A DNA stretch of 63,967 nt, filler included, from Reticulomyxa filosa (Eukaryota; Protista; Foraminifera), in assembly GCA_000512085.1 (NCBI GenBank). It is 21 parts of 21 records of this genome, joined end to end, with 100 filler letters (N's around TTAATTAATTAA, not from the genome) between each part and the next. Parts side by side here need not be neighbours in the genome. Positions count along the whole stretch, not along the records: positions 26,131 to 27,233 come from ASPP01039982.1; positions 27,334 to 29,167 come from ASPP01022412.1; positions 29,268 to 31,146 come from ASPP01009848.1; positions 31,247 to 36,276 come from ASPP01008478.1; positions 36,377 to 37,775 come from ASPP01040098.1; positions 37,876 to 38,918 come from ASPP01005032.1; positions 39,019 to 40,331 come from ASPP01017378.1; 14 more parts are not named here. One strand, written 5' to 3'. The translations under genes were made by a program, and so were the position numbers. Positions 26,492 to 39,029 of this stretch are shown here, piece by piece. The notes beneath the pieces were generated by a model, which saw nothing but the letters and a program-made list of their open reading frames with translations, ran no database searches and was not told the DNA's origin. Numbering within the stretch: position 1 is the first letter of the stretch; each line of letters opens with the position of its first letter.

Positions 26492-27494
26492 TTTTTTTTG
26501 TTTTACTAATAATAGGCACTCGAAACTTCAAACAAAAATTTTTGGACTATTCCTAAACATAAAATCGTCAAGCTTTTTTTTATCCTGGAGATTCAAGCAT
26601 TATCTGTCCTGTTTGATGTATTTCTTCCTTCTAAGAATATTGAAATCAATAGTCAAAACAAATATTAAAAAAAGTCCTTCTGACGTCTGAGTAGTAAAAC
26701 TTGTGCAATACAATTGTTTTTTTTCTTTGTGTGTATTGAAAATTTTACAATAATTGCTTATTCCTGCAATTTTGTTAAAAACAATTAAAAAAGAAAAATT
26801 GAGTTATTTATTTTTAAATCTTCTCTTTGAAGAATATCTGAACCTCCAGATTCGAAAAATAAACAAAGGACCACTTAAAAGAACAAGCAACAGAGTTGAA
26901 CTAACTATTCAAATCTTCGTTTCAACAAATTAATCTATTTGCAAAGTGTCCTTTTAAGAAAATGGAAATAACAAGGAGTTTAAAATATTAGTTTTGTTAT
27001 TTATGTTAAACAAATGTGATACAACAAACATTTGATTTTCGTCTTTATTGTTATTCACAAGGTATTCCCAAAAAAAAACACAAGAGATTAACTTGTTGCT
27101 GTAGTTTTCATTGGCTTTCTTAGAAAATTAAAAATAAATAAAGATGTCCAAAAATAGAGTTTCGTATTGTCCCTTTTTAAACACAACTTTTTTTTTTTTT
27201 TGGAGAAAAAAAAAACTCTTAATCATAATAAAGNNNNNNNNNNNNNNNNNNNNNNNNNNNNNNNNNNNNNNNNNNNNTTAATTAATTAANNNNNNNNNNN
27301 NNNNNNNNNNNNNNNNNNNNNNNNNNNNNNNNNTTTAACTAAGCAAAAAACTCAACGTACCAAATTTCAAACAAAACTAAAATATTTTTGTAATTTGTCA
27401 CTTTTTTTTTTGTTAAGAACATGTTATCAAACTATTATTTTCAACTTATATACTCCCTTGACCGAACACATAATCATCAATAAAAACAAAAAAA

Positions 27495-29167
27495 ATGTCA
27501 GAAGAAAAAAAAAAAAAGAGTTAAAGGTGTGGAAGAAGAAAATCAATTTGAAACAGTGACAAAGCTACTTCGCAAACAGCTGGAAATAAAAGATCGTGAA
27601 TGGTACCCAACAACATACAAAACATGTTTTGTGTGGAGAGGCAGTGTCACTGCCCGTGAGCTCAGGTGTAGCAAAGACACGCGAGCAAGCAGTGGAACTT
27701 ATGAATTTAGTGCTTGTGGCGAACGTCTTTGGCCACGTGATAAAAGACCACAGTGATCTCTCATCAAGATGCTTGTGAACGATTCACGAGAGTGTATGTG
27801 ACGGACGTGTTTTTGGGGCATGGAAAATTCATATCAAAAAATAAGATACGCCGTTGACGATTGTTGCACGAGATATCAGTTCACTCATATGGTTGATGCA
27901 ATGGCCAGAATATTCACGCCAAGTACAGTGATTTTGTTATCCTGTGGCGCACGTACACATTTCCGAAAGTGATACATGTGTGGTTGTACGAATGAGATAT
28001 ACAAATCCGTCGCATCGACTATGAAGTGATCAAAGTAGGCTTGAATCACATGGTAGAACCATTTGCAAAGATGAGACCGGTGGATTTGTCAAAATGTTGA
28101 TCAAAAAAGGATCGGACCAATCTTGTGATAATCCATTGTTAGCGAAAACGCTGGTGATCAAATCAATGAAGTCACTCTAGACATTCAAACTAACACCGGA
28201 CTCAGGTCCTTTGCTGGAGTTATCTATCCTTATCTAACTGTAGGAGAAGCTGTCAAAGTTTCTGGTGATACTTACAATCGCAATCTGTTAACTTCTGTTA
28301 CAAGAGCCTTGTTGCGGTAATGGATCCTTTGGAAAGTTTGTCGTTATTTTTTTACGTGTTTCTGTATGGTACTGTCTTTTTTTAAACAAAGAAAAAAAGT
28401 GTAATGTATTCATATATTGAAAGAGTGAAAGAAGGAAGCAAAAAGTGTCAATAAAAGTGATAAGTAAAGAAGAAATCAAGAAATGCAATCTTATAAGTAC
28501 GAAGGCATTAGAGATGCTACATCATCACAGACACTTGGCTCGTTTGCTAGAAGTGTTGGAGAGCAAATGTTATATATTGTGTTAGAATTGGTCAAATGTG
28601 GAGAGTTGTTCAATAAAATAAGTTGATTTAAAATAAGTAAAACACAACTACGTGTGTTCAATTCCATTTAATGTTTTCTTTTTTTATTGTATGCAAAAAA
28701 AGTGGGTTTTTTTTGACTGATCGGAAAAAAAAAAACAGGACAAAATGGTAAGCTAAATGTAGACGTGTCAAGAATATATTTCCAGCAACTGATAAACGGT
28801 GTTCAATTTATGCATAAGCATAAAATATGTCACAGAGATTTGAAAGTGGATGGTTTGTTAAAAAGTGCAATACATATATCAATTATATGTTATATACAAT
28901 GTGTGTATATATATTTATATGAAACATTGGTCATGTAGAGTTAAAGGCATGTTATAAACTTTGTATTAATTGAATAAATGCCTTGGCGAGGTGGGGTGAT
29001 GGAGAAAAGTTCGAAAACTTGCTGTGAATGCAAATAGAGTATTGAAGATATCCGACTTTGGACTGTCAGGTTTGTATTCGAGAGAAAGAGAAGTGTTCGG
29101 ACCCCAATTACGTGGCCCCTGAGGTATAAATGGAAAAGGATATGGCGGTTTTAAGGCTGATATTTGG
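27495..29167 (+). pseudogene. DEP domain + Ser/Thr kinase (CAMK/SNF1-CIPK-like) gene, disrupted
   Basis: DEP: LEIKDREWYPTTYKTCF/GEAV..SSGVAKTREQAVELMN..FGHVIKDH; kinase: GNGSFGK, VLELVKCGELFNKI, YFQQLINGVQFMHKHKICHRDLK, LKISDFGLS, GPQ/NYVAPEV, KADIW; many stops and frameshifts. Confidence 0.85.
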
Positions 29168-29816
29168 NNNNNNNNNNNNNNNNNNNNNNNNNNNNNNNNN
29201 NNNNNNNNNNNTTAATTAATTAANNNNNNNNNNNNNNNNNNNNNNNNNNNNNNNNNNNNNNNNNNNNATTCCTCTAATCCAGTCAAAGCTTCTTTTTTTT
29301 CGTCACTTTTTCTTTCAACTTCTTCTGACATAGTTTTTTGTTAAGTTATCAATCACAGATTGCAAGGAGTGTTTGCTTTGCACTTTCCCTCTTTTTGAAA
29401 GACAACATAAAGTTTTTGAAGTAACTGACAAATAAGCAATTTCATAGTGCCATTACTCGCATACGATAAAGTGATGGCAAATTATAAGTAGTTTTTAAAA
29501 ACTACTTTAAAGAATAAAAAATAATTTGCAAAATTTTCAAAAGAAGAAGTGTTATGCATATACGATATTCGACTTGCTCGTTTCTGTTATTATAAATTAC
29601 ATTGAATATAAAAAAAAATATAAATAATTTTTTTAATACATGCAAGGCGTCAAAGATCATATCTTGAGAACAAGTTTGACTAACCTTCCAAAACACATCG
29701 TGCGCATAAAAAAACAAAAAGGAGAAAATCAAATTGCGCAAAACTTCATCATACACAAAACATATATTGAAGCAGATGAAAAACTTTGACAATCAAAAAT
29801 AAAAGACATAGTCTCA

Positions 29817-30516
29817 TTATTTAAAAAGTTATTATTTTCTTAGTCTACTTAAGTTACAAGTCTGCAATTTTACATACATATTTAATGCAAAGTAAAGTGA
29901 CACATAAAAAGGCACCTTATATATGTTATTAATTTTCTTCATGAAAAAACAACATTCACACATAATTTTTTTAAAATATATACAAATAATGCAGTTTTTA
30001 AATATCATTTTGGTTTATTACATATTTACTAATTATTAAAAAAAAGTTGGTAAATTTTATGATAAACTTTATATCGAAAATTTTCGAAAGTCAATAAAAT
30101 ATTCAAATTTTTTAAAGCATTTCAGAAAGTGCTAAATGTGTAATCATTTTCAAAAAAAAATAAAAATGATTAAAAAATACAAATATCAAACTATACTGAG
30201 GTAAAAAAAAATAAAGTACAAAATATTGAATAATTGATTTAATAAAAAAAAAAATGATATTCAAAAACTACAAGATTTGTAGATATTTTTTTAAAATTGT
30301 CTGATGTTGTTTTTTCATGAAGAAAATTAATAATCTATATAATGTGCTGTTTTGTGTGTCAGCTTTACTTTGCATTTTATTATATCTTCTAAACTAACAA
30401 AGATATAACTATCAAATTTTATGCAATTGAACAACAGTATAAGTTCAATATATATGTAAAATTACAGGCTTGTAACTTAAGTAGACCAAGAGAAAAAATA
30501 ATAACTTCTTAAATAA
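29817..30516. mobile_element. ~700-bp foldback/MITE-like element with ~200-bp imperfect inverted arms
   Basis: Left arm ttctt.gtctacttaagttacaag.ctg.aattttacata...ttaattttcttcatgaaaaaacaacat; right arm atgttgtttttttcatgaagaaaattaa...tatgtaaaatt.cag.cttgtaacttaagtagac.aaga; no ORF. Confidence 0.75.
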
Positions 30517-31287
30517 CATGATTTTTCAGTTTGTTCAATTTTTTGGACGATACTGTAATAGAAAATGAAATTGAAAAGATTATCATATTAAATTAAAAAC
30601 AACAATTTAATTTTTAAAGTACTAAACATACACGTAAATTTGTTGTATCATCATATTCGGCTATCAATATGAATTTTTTAATGTTTTTTGGTCATTTTTC
30701 GTTTTCCTTTTTCAATATAATTTGTTTTTCCGACATTGTAACTGTTTCTTTCGTTTTCAACTTTGATTGAATAAACTTAGTGAGCTTGATTACTGATCAC
30801 TTGAATCCTTTTTATATATTTTCCTGCCTTAAATAGCGTTTGTTCTTATTTTTTCTGTATTTGCTGCAGTATTCTTTTAATACATACTTCGATATTGACT
30901 TGGCTTAACAGTCCAATAAATGGTTTGTGATTTTATTTACAATCTATTTCAAAATATTCTTCTGTCAGCTAACTAGGCGTATATAGATTATAATGTTTGC
31001 TTGATTTTTTTTAATATCAATGAAACGCAATTGACTTTGTAAATAGCATTTTACAAATCAACAGTACAGTAAATTGCAGAAAAAACTGCAATACATAAAT
31101 GACATTATATGAATAGAATCGATTTTCTCCATGAAAAATAAAGATTNNNNNNNNNNNNNNNNNNNNNNNNNNNNNNNNNNNNNNNNNNNNTTAATTAATT
31201 AANNNNNNNNNNNNNNNNNNNNNNNNNNNNNNNNNNNNNNNNNNNNAAAGACAAAGTATCAACCAAATTTTTTTTTAGGTGCAACGG

Positions 31288-31420
31288 AAAAAATAAAAAA
31301 ATGCCAAAAAGAATAAAAAACCAAAAAGAAATATTTTAATTCAGGCGGCGCCCTTGGCGCCGCCTGTATTAAAATTTTTCTTTTTCGCTTTTTTATTCTT
31401 TTTGGCATTTTTTTATTTTT
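31288..31420. repeat. ~130-bp hairpin with GC-rich core caggcggcgcc-ctt-ggcgccgcctg
   Basis: Arms aaaaataaaaaaatgccaaaaagaataaaaaa / ttttttattctttttggcatttttttattttt flanking an 11-bp GC-rich stem and 3-nt loop. Confidence 0.9.
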
Positions 31421-32279
31421 TTTAATATTTAGTTACTGCTTTTTGCACATTGTGTCGTTTGTTATAGACTAATCGCTTGGGGTTTTTTTTGCAATAATTT
31501 TTTATTTAGCTATATTGATTTGATGATTATTATATGAATTTTTATGAACATATTTGGTAGCGCTTTTTTTATCTAATAGAGTGCGGAAGATTTGTAGCCA
31601 TTTTTATGTATATAATTGTTAGAAATTGTTTTGAATGTTTTTGTTTTTTAGGTAATACTTTAATAGAAATAAAGTTCATGCAATTTTAAATTTTGTTTAT
31701 TATTTTAATTTTTTTTTTTCTTCATTTGATTCAAAAAAGTTTTCATTTATCAATTCATTGCAGTTTTGAATTTTTAATATTATTTACAACTAACGTGTGT
31801 AATGTAACAGATTTCATGTAGCAGCTATAGATTTTTTTTTTTGTAATTTGGTGTTTCGATTTCTGTTCATTTACAGTTATTTAAACTTTTCGTTGTAGTT
31901 GTTTAAACTTTTTAATTTCACTATTTTATTTTTTTTTGCTCATCATCAAAGGTTATTTGGAAAAAATTTGATTTGTTGCCAAATTTGTCATCAACATCAC
32001 AAGATTTTGATGAAATATTATAGAGATAAAAATTCTCACACAAAACAAACTTTATTTATATCTTTTTACATCACAAAGATCAACAAAAAATTGTATTTGC
32101 ATGTGTTCATTCCCAAACAACCATAACGTAAGTTAACACATTATTATTTTTATTCTGTTTTAATGGCGCAAATTCTATCATCTTCTTTCATCAAATACAA
32201 TTTATTCTTATTTCCCACTTTTATCCTTTGATTCAGATAAAATTGTATTTACATAACCAATATTTTCTAATTCATTTGG

Positions 32280-32400
32280 AATAATATCCATGATATTTTG
32301 CTGTTTCAATATCCCATATCCGAATAGTTTTTATCCTTTAAACCAAAACAGATAGCAGATAGCACATCCATTGCCATCAATCACACCATTATCATTTGTT
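32280..32400 (-). pseudogene. WD40 remnant
   Basis: NDNGVIDGNGCAIC...KTIRIWDIETAK on the minus strand. Confidence 0.55.
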
Positions 32401-32768
32401 TGCAATAATTGATGCAATTTATTATATTTATATTTATTATTTGTTTGTGTTTTCAAATACAAACTAAATTAGATTAATTTCCATAAATATTGTTATCAAA
32501 GCTGATTTCCAATTACATATCAAATTCCAATTTTGAACAATTATAGATATTGTTAATTCTATTTTTTTCAAATTTTTTTTTATTTGGCAAACCAAAAAAT
32601 TATTCTAATTGCTTATGAAATGAGAGAGTATTTTTGTAATTAATTGAATCCATTGAATGTTGCAAAAATATTTGATATTTAGAAATAGAAATAACTCAAT
32701 GCAAAATAAACAACAACAAAAGTCTCAAATAGATCACATACTTATTTCTTAAAAAAACAACAACAATT

Positions 32769-33230
32769 TTATGAAAATTTTCTTTGTTGAAAAATAATAT
32801 TATAATCAGTTCTGTCTTGGCTTTCTACACAATACCATTCACCATTTCTATTCTCACGAATATCTTGTCCACATTTGTATTTGGATCTGACAACTTTTGT
32901 CACGCAATTACTCAACAATGAAAATCAGCAACTTGATATCCTTGAGTAGTTGACCAAATGGTTAAAAATCCCTAGTCATTATGTCCATATAACGACGTTC
33001 CTCTCGTTGTTATTTTATGAACAGTTGGTATGCTTTCATCACGATAAACATCAACAATAAATATTTTGGAAAATTTTTGAAAGATTCCATTTAATGGTAA
33101 TTAAATGTTGTGTGTATTTTGTCAATTGATAAAAATTTCTCATCACTTGCCACTAACATATTTCTATTCTCTCCATGTCCACAAATTATTACTGTCAATT
33201 CACATATTTTTTAGTATTTTCGTAAAGAAT
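32769..33230 (-). pseudogene. caspase-like (peptidase C14) pseudogene
   Basis: VIICGHGENRNMLVASD (His-Gly), FPK(I)FIVDVYRD at the position of PKxFIxxACRG, GFLTIWSTTQGYQV, WYCVESQDRTDYNIIF; frameshifts and stops; catalytic Cys replaced by Tyr. Confidence 0.7.
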
Positions 33231-34212
33231 TTTCATTTTCATTCATAAAAATAGAATGTTGCTTTATAATTTAGTTACTATTTCAGAGAGGGACGGAAGA
33301 AATGAAGACTTCTACGTGCCAAAGACAATGAGATAAAAGCTAATTCTTTGTTTAAAAGTTTTTACTTCTCCAAAAAGGGCTCAAAAATAAACATTTTGCA
33401 ACCAAAAAAAAAGTAAAAACTGCTACATTATACGCTTATTTTCAATATTCAAAACATCTTCTTGATTATTCAATTGAACAATACTTCCAATTGGTCAAAC
33501 ACAAAAGGAAATTTTTAAACAAAAATGATTCAAATTTCAAAATATTTCATGCGTTCGCACATTCTCCTAAAAATAACCACAAACCAAAATATCACTAAAA
33601 CTCTCATATCAGAAAAAAGACTATAAAATAATAAACTAAATAATGGTTACTATCTATTCATCATAGAATCTTTCTGATTTCAGATTTGGATTTAGTACGT
33701 CTTGTTCTATAAGAAATGAAAGATATTAATTTAACTATTACAATTTTTTGTCATTGTTGATCATTCATATAGCACAGTAACACTAGAATAAAAATCATCA
33801 ACATAATGGAACGCATTTTTCTATATGTACAGAAGTTTAAAATTTTTAAAATTTGTTTAGCGAAAAGAATATGCCAAAAGACAAAATTAAAAAGAAAAAC
33901 TTAGATTGTGCGGCGCCGCTTAAATCTAATAATTGCAATAATCTTTTTTTTATGCACCTTTGTTTCTGCGACGAACATAAATTTTTTCAATAAACCAAAC
34001 AATTGCAAAAAGAGTATTAGAGTAAAAGCATAACAAATTTTAAATATTTTATATATTTCCAATTGAAACGAAATTTCAAAAGTTGGAACGGTCTTGAAGA
34101 AACACAACTTTGGTGCTTATATAGAAAAGTCGAAGTAACTTAAAAAAGTAAAGTCTCGAAAAATTTGCTAACTACTAAAAAAAACAGAAATTTAAGCAAA
34201 ATTCGAAAGTTA

Positions 34213-36239
34213 TTAATTTTCAACGTTAATAGATTCTGTGTTTGAGCAATTCGGCAACGCGGCCACGTTGGGAAATGACTGATATATTAAAAAAACCAAC
34301 AAACAAAGTAATTTCAGAAACAAATAAATAAACAAAAAACATACAATCTTCAATCCGCGTAATTGGAATGCAAGCCCGAGCAAAGGTGTAATTGGTGTAT
34401 CTTGTTGAAGCATAGCAGTCTTGGCATGCAATGCAGCTACTTTCTGTTGGGCAGTGTACGAATGGTCATTGAAACAGCAGTGATAAAGTAACTGCTCATA
34501 GTTACAAACGTCGATCACATCTTTAGTATTCTCATCTAAAACTTGATGAGAAAATAACCCTGGTGTGCACGAACAAACAAAATAATACATGAATGTCCAA
34601 GGGAAACAAAAAAAAAAAGTCAAGATATCAAAGCATAGATTGTGCAAAAAAATAATTTCATTTTATTTTTAACCAAATAAAAATTCCTTCCAAGGATTAC
34701 TTTTTTCATTGTCATTTGTTTGTTGCACAATGTCATCAATCCAAAGATGAACTATATTGAAAGACGCCCTGGTAACGCAATTATCGATTCGTGTGCAATT
34801 TGGACTTTCAAAAATTTGTTGGTATTCTAGCAATGCATGAATGGAAGGTATGCACGATTGTGTTGAGATCAGTTCTAATATCTGCAACAATTGAGCAACA
34901 AGCCACAATTTCCAATTGACAAATTCGTTATTTTCATCAAAATCCGGGACTCGAAATGGAGCCAGTTTTTTGGTTGAAATCCTCTCTCGATAATACCTTC
35001 CATGTTTGAGGTAGCCATCGTTCATTTCTGACATTTTCCGTGTCTGTCGCAAGAAAAGAGAAGAAGAGAGAGAAATTGATAGTGAAATTTTTTTATTTTT
35101 TTTTTTTTAAGACTCTGTTTTTCTGTTCAATGAAAGAGATGGAGGGAGAGGAAAAAAAAACCTTGTAAATTTGTCAAAAATCCAAGCATATCAACTAGCA
35201 TAATGACACCAGAAGGTGCTTGATTTTGCAAAGATGATTGAATTTTTCGGAGTTGAGAAATTTTAAAAGCACCTCTATTTTTTAATTTTCGTTATACGTT
35301 GTTTTTTTTTTTTTGATATAAATTTTGCTTTGTTTGTGGGTACGTCTTATTTTGCATTATTTGCAAGTAACTCAAGTTCTTGTTCCATTTGCACCGATTG
35401 TTTGATGGGTGCAGGTAAGGGATGAAGCAGAAGGTCATTGTCAATAAGTACATTGTCACTGTTTAGCAACAAGCGGTGATACAATGGGCTTTCTTGTTCA
35501 ATATTGTCTTGCACGTACAAAATCAAAGATTGAATGGCTTCGTCTTCAGACGCAATCCTTAGGCGAATCCATTCGTCCAATTTTGACATGGTGTTGTTAT
35601 GTTGACTGAAGATGTGGCTCCAGATTTTTTCAGTCACCGACAACAGCCGTTGTAGCCTCATCTCCAATCGAATTTTTCATTGTTGTAAATTCTTATTTTC
35701 TCTTCCTAAATGAACCAAAGGCAGGTCATACACAAAGTAAATTTTTTAACCTAAAAAAAAAAAAAAAGTACTTTTAAGCAAATAATGATTTTTAAACTTT
35801 CAATGCCAAGTTCTGATCAGCATTTTTCTCGTCACTGGTGCGCATGCTATTATCAACTCCTTTGTTGTTCTTGCTCGCAGTTTTGGACACGCGTGCATCC
35901 GTTTCTTCTGCTGCAGCCAAGTTGATTGTCTCGCTTATTTTTGTCAGACATGTCGCAATTGCATTTTGCAAATATTTCAATGAACCTTCATTTGTTGTCT
36001 CTTCCGCTGCCAATTGGGGCTTTTGTGGAGCCTTGGCTTTCACTTTTTTATCGGTCTTCGTTTGGGTGGCTGCATTCACGACCTCGCTTATTTTGACCAA
36101 CTTCAGAGGCTCTTCGCTCTATGATTTGGATAATTGCCAACACACACACACACATAAATTTTGCGCATATAATTATATACATATACATATATACATATAT
36201 ATTTTTTAATTGTTAAAAAGTTACTTTTTTGGAGTCACC

Positions 36240-36240
<1 letters not shown>
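34213..36240 (-). CDS. SPEF2: SPEF2/KPL2 (axonemal central-pair protein), C-terminal part, multi-exon, with apparent frameshifts
   Basis: DEWIRLRIASEDEAIQSL..IEQE..LLL..DNVLID..LLHPLP; FKISQL..LQNQAPSGVI; LPQTW; NNEFVNWKLWLV; KEFLFGLF..NYEQLLYHCC follow the SPEF2 C-terminal motif order as I recall it. Confidence 0.72.
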
Positions 36241-36271
<31 letters not shown>

Positions 36272-36376
36272 GGGGGNNNNNNNNNNNNNNNNNNNNNNNN
36301 NNNNNNNNNNNNNNNNNNNNTTAATTAATTAANNNNNNNNNNNNNNNNNNNNNNNNNNNNNNNNNNNNNNNNNNNN

Positions 36377-37099
36377 ACTTGTAATCTTAATTGTGTTATC
36401 TCATCCTGTTTTATTTTTTTGTTATGTTTATTTTTAAATAACTCTTAAAAAATAGTTAACTTGATGAAATTGGATAGTTTGTTTTAACGAATCAACAAAC
36501 TTGACAACTAAATCAAAATGGAATTTTAATTTCAAAATCAAATGCTGTTTTAATTTTTGTTTAGGACATGCATGGACACATCCAAATGGTTTATACCAAC
36601 AATCAAATAATTTCAAAGGACAGGAATTATCCAAATGATCATTTAACTCTTTGATCTTTCCTTTAAAATTGCATGTTATTTTTTCATTTCCTTCTTCTTC
36701 TGGTTGTTGTCATTGAGTAGTTGTTTGTGAATCTTGTCCAAATTGTCGTGGACATGTAATCCGTAAGTCATCGATATGTAGTCAAACTGGTCTACTCGGA
36801 GAATACAAGCAACCATTATGAGGTTGAACAGGACAAGAATCAGGATTAGCATTTAAGAATTGCTTCAAGCAATTGGCTCCAACAATAAGCGATTCATTCA
36901 ATTTTTGGTGTTGTGCACAGATCATTTCAATAGGATTTCTGGCAACTTGTTTGCAAATCAAACAAATAAAGTGGTTAATTTGCTCTTGCTGGTTTAGTTG
37001 CAAAATCCACTCTTTACTGAAACAAGAAGTCTCCAGAGAAACTGGAGACACTCCAAGTTCTACTTCTTTTGAAGTTTTTTCATCTTCTATGTTGCTCAT
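36377..37099 (-). pseudogene. RING + TRAF-type zinc-finger protein, in-frame stops
   Basis: CFSKEWILQLNQQEQINHFICLICKQVARNP..C..H; IVGANCLKQFL..CP; TGA at 36782; CPLKLFDCWYKPFGC.H.C..L..H. Confidence 0.82.
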
Positions 37100-38249
37100 T
37101 GTTTTTCCCTTGAAGGTAGATTTTGTTATAATGATTGCTCAGAGATTATTGATTTCGTCCAAGGTTTTTTTTATGAATTAGGGAAAACAACGAATACGAA
37201 ATTAAAACAGAAATTTCGTAAGAAAACGGAAGAATTTATTATATTATGGATATTGAAATGATTTATGCAAAAATTTCATTATTTAGACAATCTTACTTGT
37301 AAAAAATTGAATACAATAGAAAAGATATTTATCACAATGGAAAATATTATAAAATTCTTTGTTTTTCATCCAACTGCATAAAAAAATGCAACACCAGCTG
37401 GGACGTGATTTCTATATGTGACTGCAGAGTTTTGATTTAAAGTAGAATGAAGTACGTGTATATTTATTTCTTTATTTAAACTCAAATTAACCTTTTTACG
37501 TTCTGTCTTTAATCAAATTTAACTTTTTTTTGGTGTGCTCAAACATTATTACATCAATAAAAGTGATTGTCCAAATATAATTATTTAATAATAAGAAGCA
37601 ACAAATATTTTTTGCCTTAAATGCAGAAATAAGCAGGAAGTTATCTAGAAAAAACAAAAATCTATATTATTATGTCAAAGAAACAATGGTGCATCATAAT
37701 ATCATATGCTCACTGAAGCAAAAACTAATAAATTCATACGTTTGAAATTTGATAAATAGACAATATTCTTAATGANNNNNNNNNNNNNNNNNNNNNNNNN
37801 NNNNNNNNNNNNNNNNNNNTTAATTAATTAANNNNNNNNNNNNNNNNNNNNNNNNNNNNNNNNNNNNNNNNNNNNTCTCAACGGTAAGTTGCAACATCAA
37901 ATTTCATCCGTAAATAAAATGTATGGGAATACCTTCGAAAGGTAACCTTAATAGTACTCACATTCATCACAAGAGCTAACCAAAAAAAAAAGTGAATAAA
38001 CGAGTTTAAGAAAGAGACAGAATTAACCTTTCCAAGTATGAAGTGTTTTAAGTATAAAAACATTCGCTCTCCAACAATAAGATGTGCTAAATCAACGGAC
38101 AAACCTTTCAAAAGGTTCAACCGACAACAGAAAAGGTCGGTTCGGTTAGGCCGCGCATGATGTCAGCATCAGATTATACTTCAGCTTCTTCAAAAGATAA
38201 AGAGCAGGTTAAATATATTTGGCCTGTTAAAATGGACAATTGACAAAAG

Positions 38250-38918
38250 AAGCCTTTTGGTACTGAAAAAGAAAAAGTTTGGGGGGATGCGTGAAAAAAA
38301 AATAGACACCTGTGTCACTCTTGAAAATGGGAAAAAATCAAAATCAATTAGTAGAAGCGAGCAAATCAAAAAAACAAGCAACCAATCAGCAAGAGAAAAG
38401 AGACTCTCGCCCAATCAAAAACGAGATGAGTCCAATGGGAGCAACCCCATTGAACGGGTCAACTCAACTGCAATTACTAGCCCACCAACTCGGTAAAAAC
38501 AAGCAAAAACCTTTTCCAAAAAAAATTTCAAACCAACAATTTTTTTTTTTTTTTTAATTAAAAAAAAAAAAAAAAGACGAATCAAAAAAAGAAAATGAAA
38601 AAAAAGAAGATAAAATAACGAGACTGGAAGAAGAGATATCAAAAATGAGAGAAACGCATGATAAAGAGGTGAAAGATTTGCAAAAAGAGCTTGAGGAAAC
38701 ACGTAAAGAGAAGAAGCAAATGGAAATGACCCAACAACAGTTGTTAGAAGAAATGCAGCAATTGCAAAAGCATCTACAAGATAACACCAGACACGTTGAT
38801 GAGTCCATTACCACCGACAACAATGACGATTATAATCGACTCCTACCAGCTGATTATCTCAAAACACAAGTTGTATTATTATTATTTCTGTTGCTACAAT
38901 TGTTTCGTTTTTTTTTTT
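38250..38918 (+). CDS. coiled-coil hypothetical protein fragment, intron ~38493-38576
   Basis: EEEISKMRETHDKEVKDLQKELEETRKEKKQMEMTQQQLLEEMQQLQKHLQ. Confidence 0.5.
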
Positions 38919-39029
38919 NNNNNNNNNNNNNNNNNNNNNNNNNNNNNNNNNNNNNNNNNNNNTTAATTAATTAANNNNNNNNNNNNNNNNNNNNNNNNNN
39001 NNNNNNNNNNNNNNNNNNAAACACTAAAA

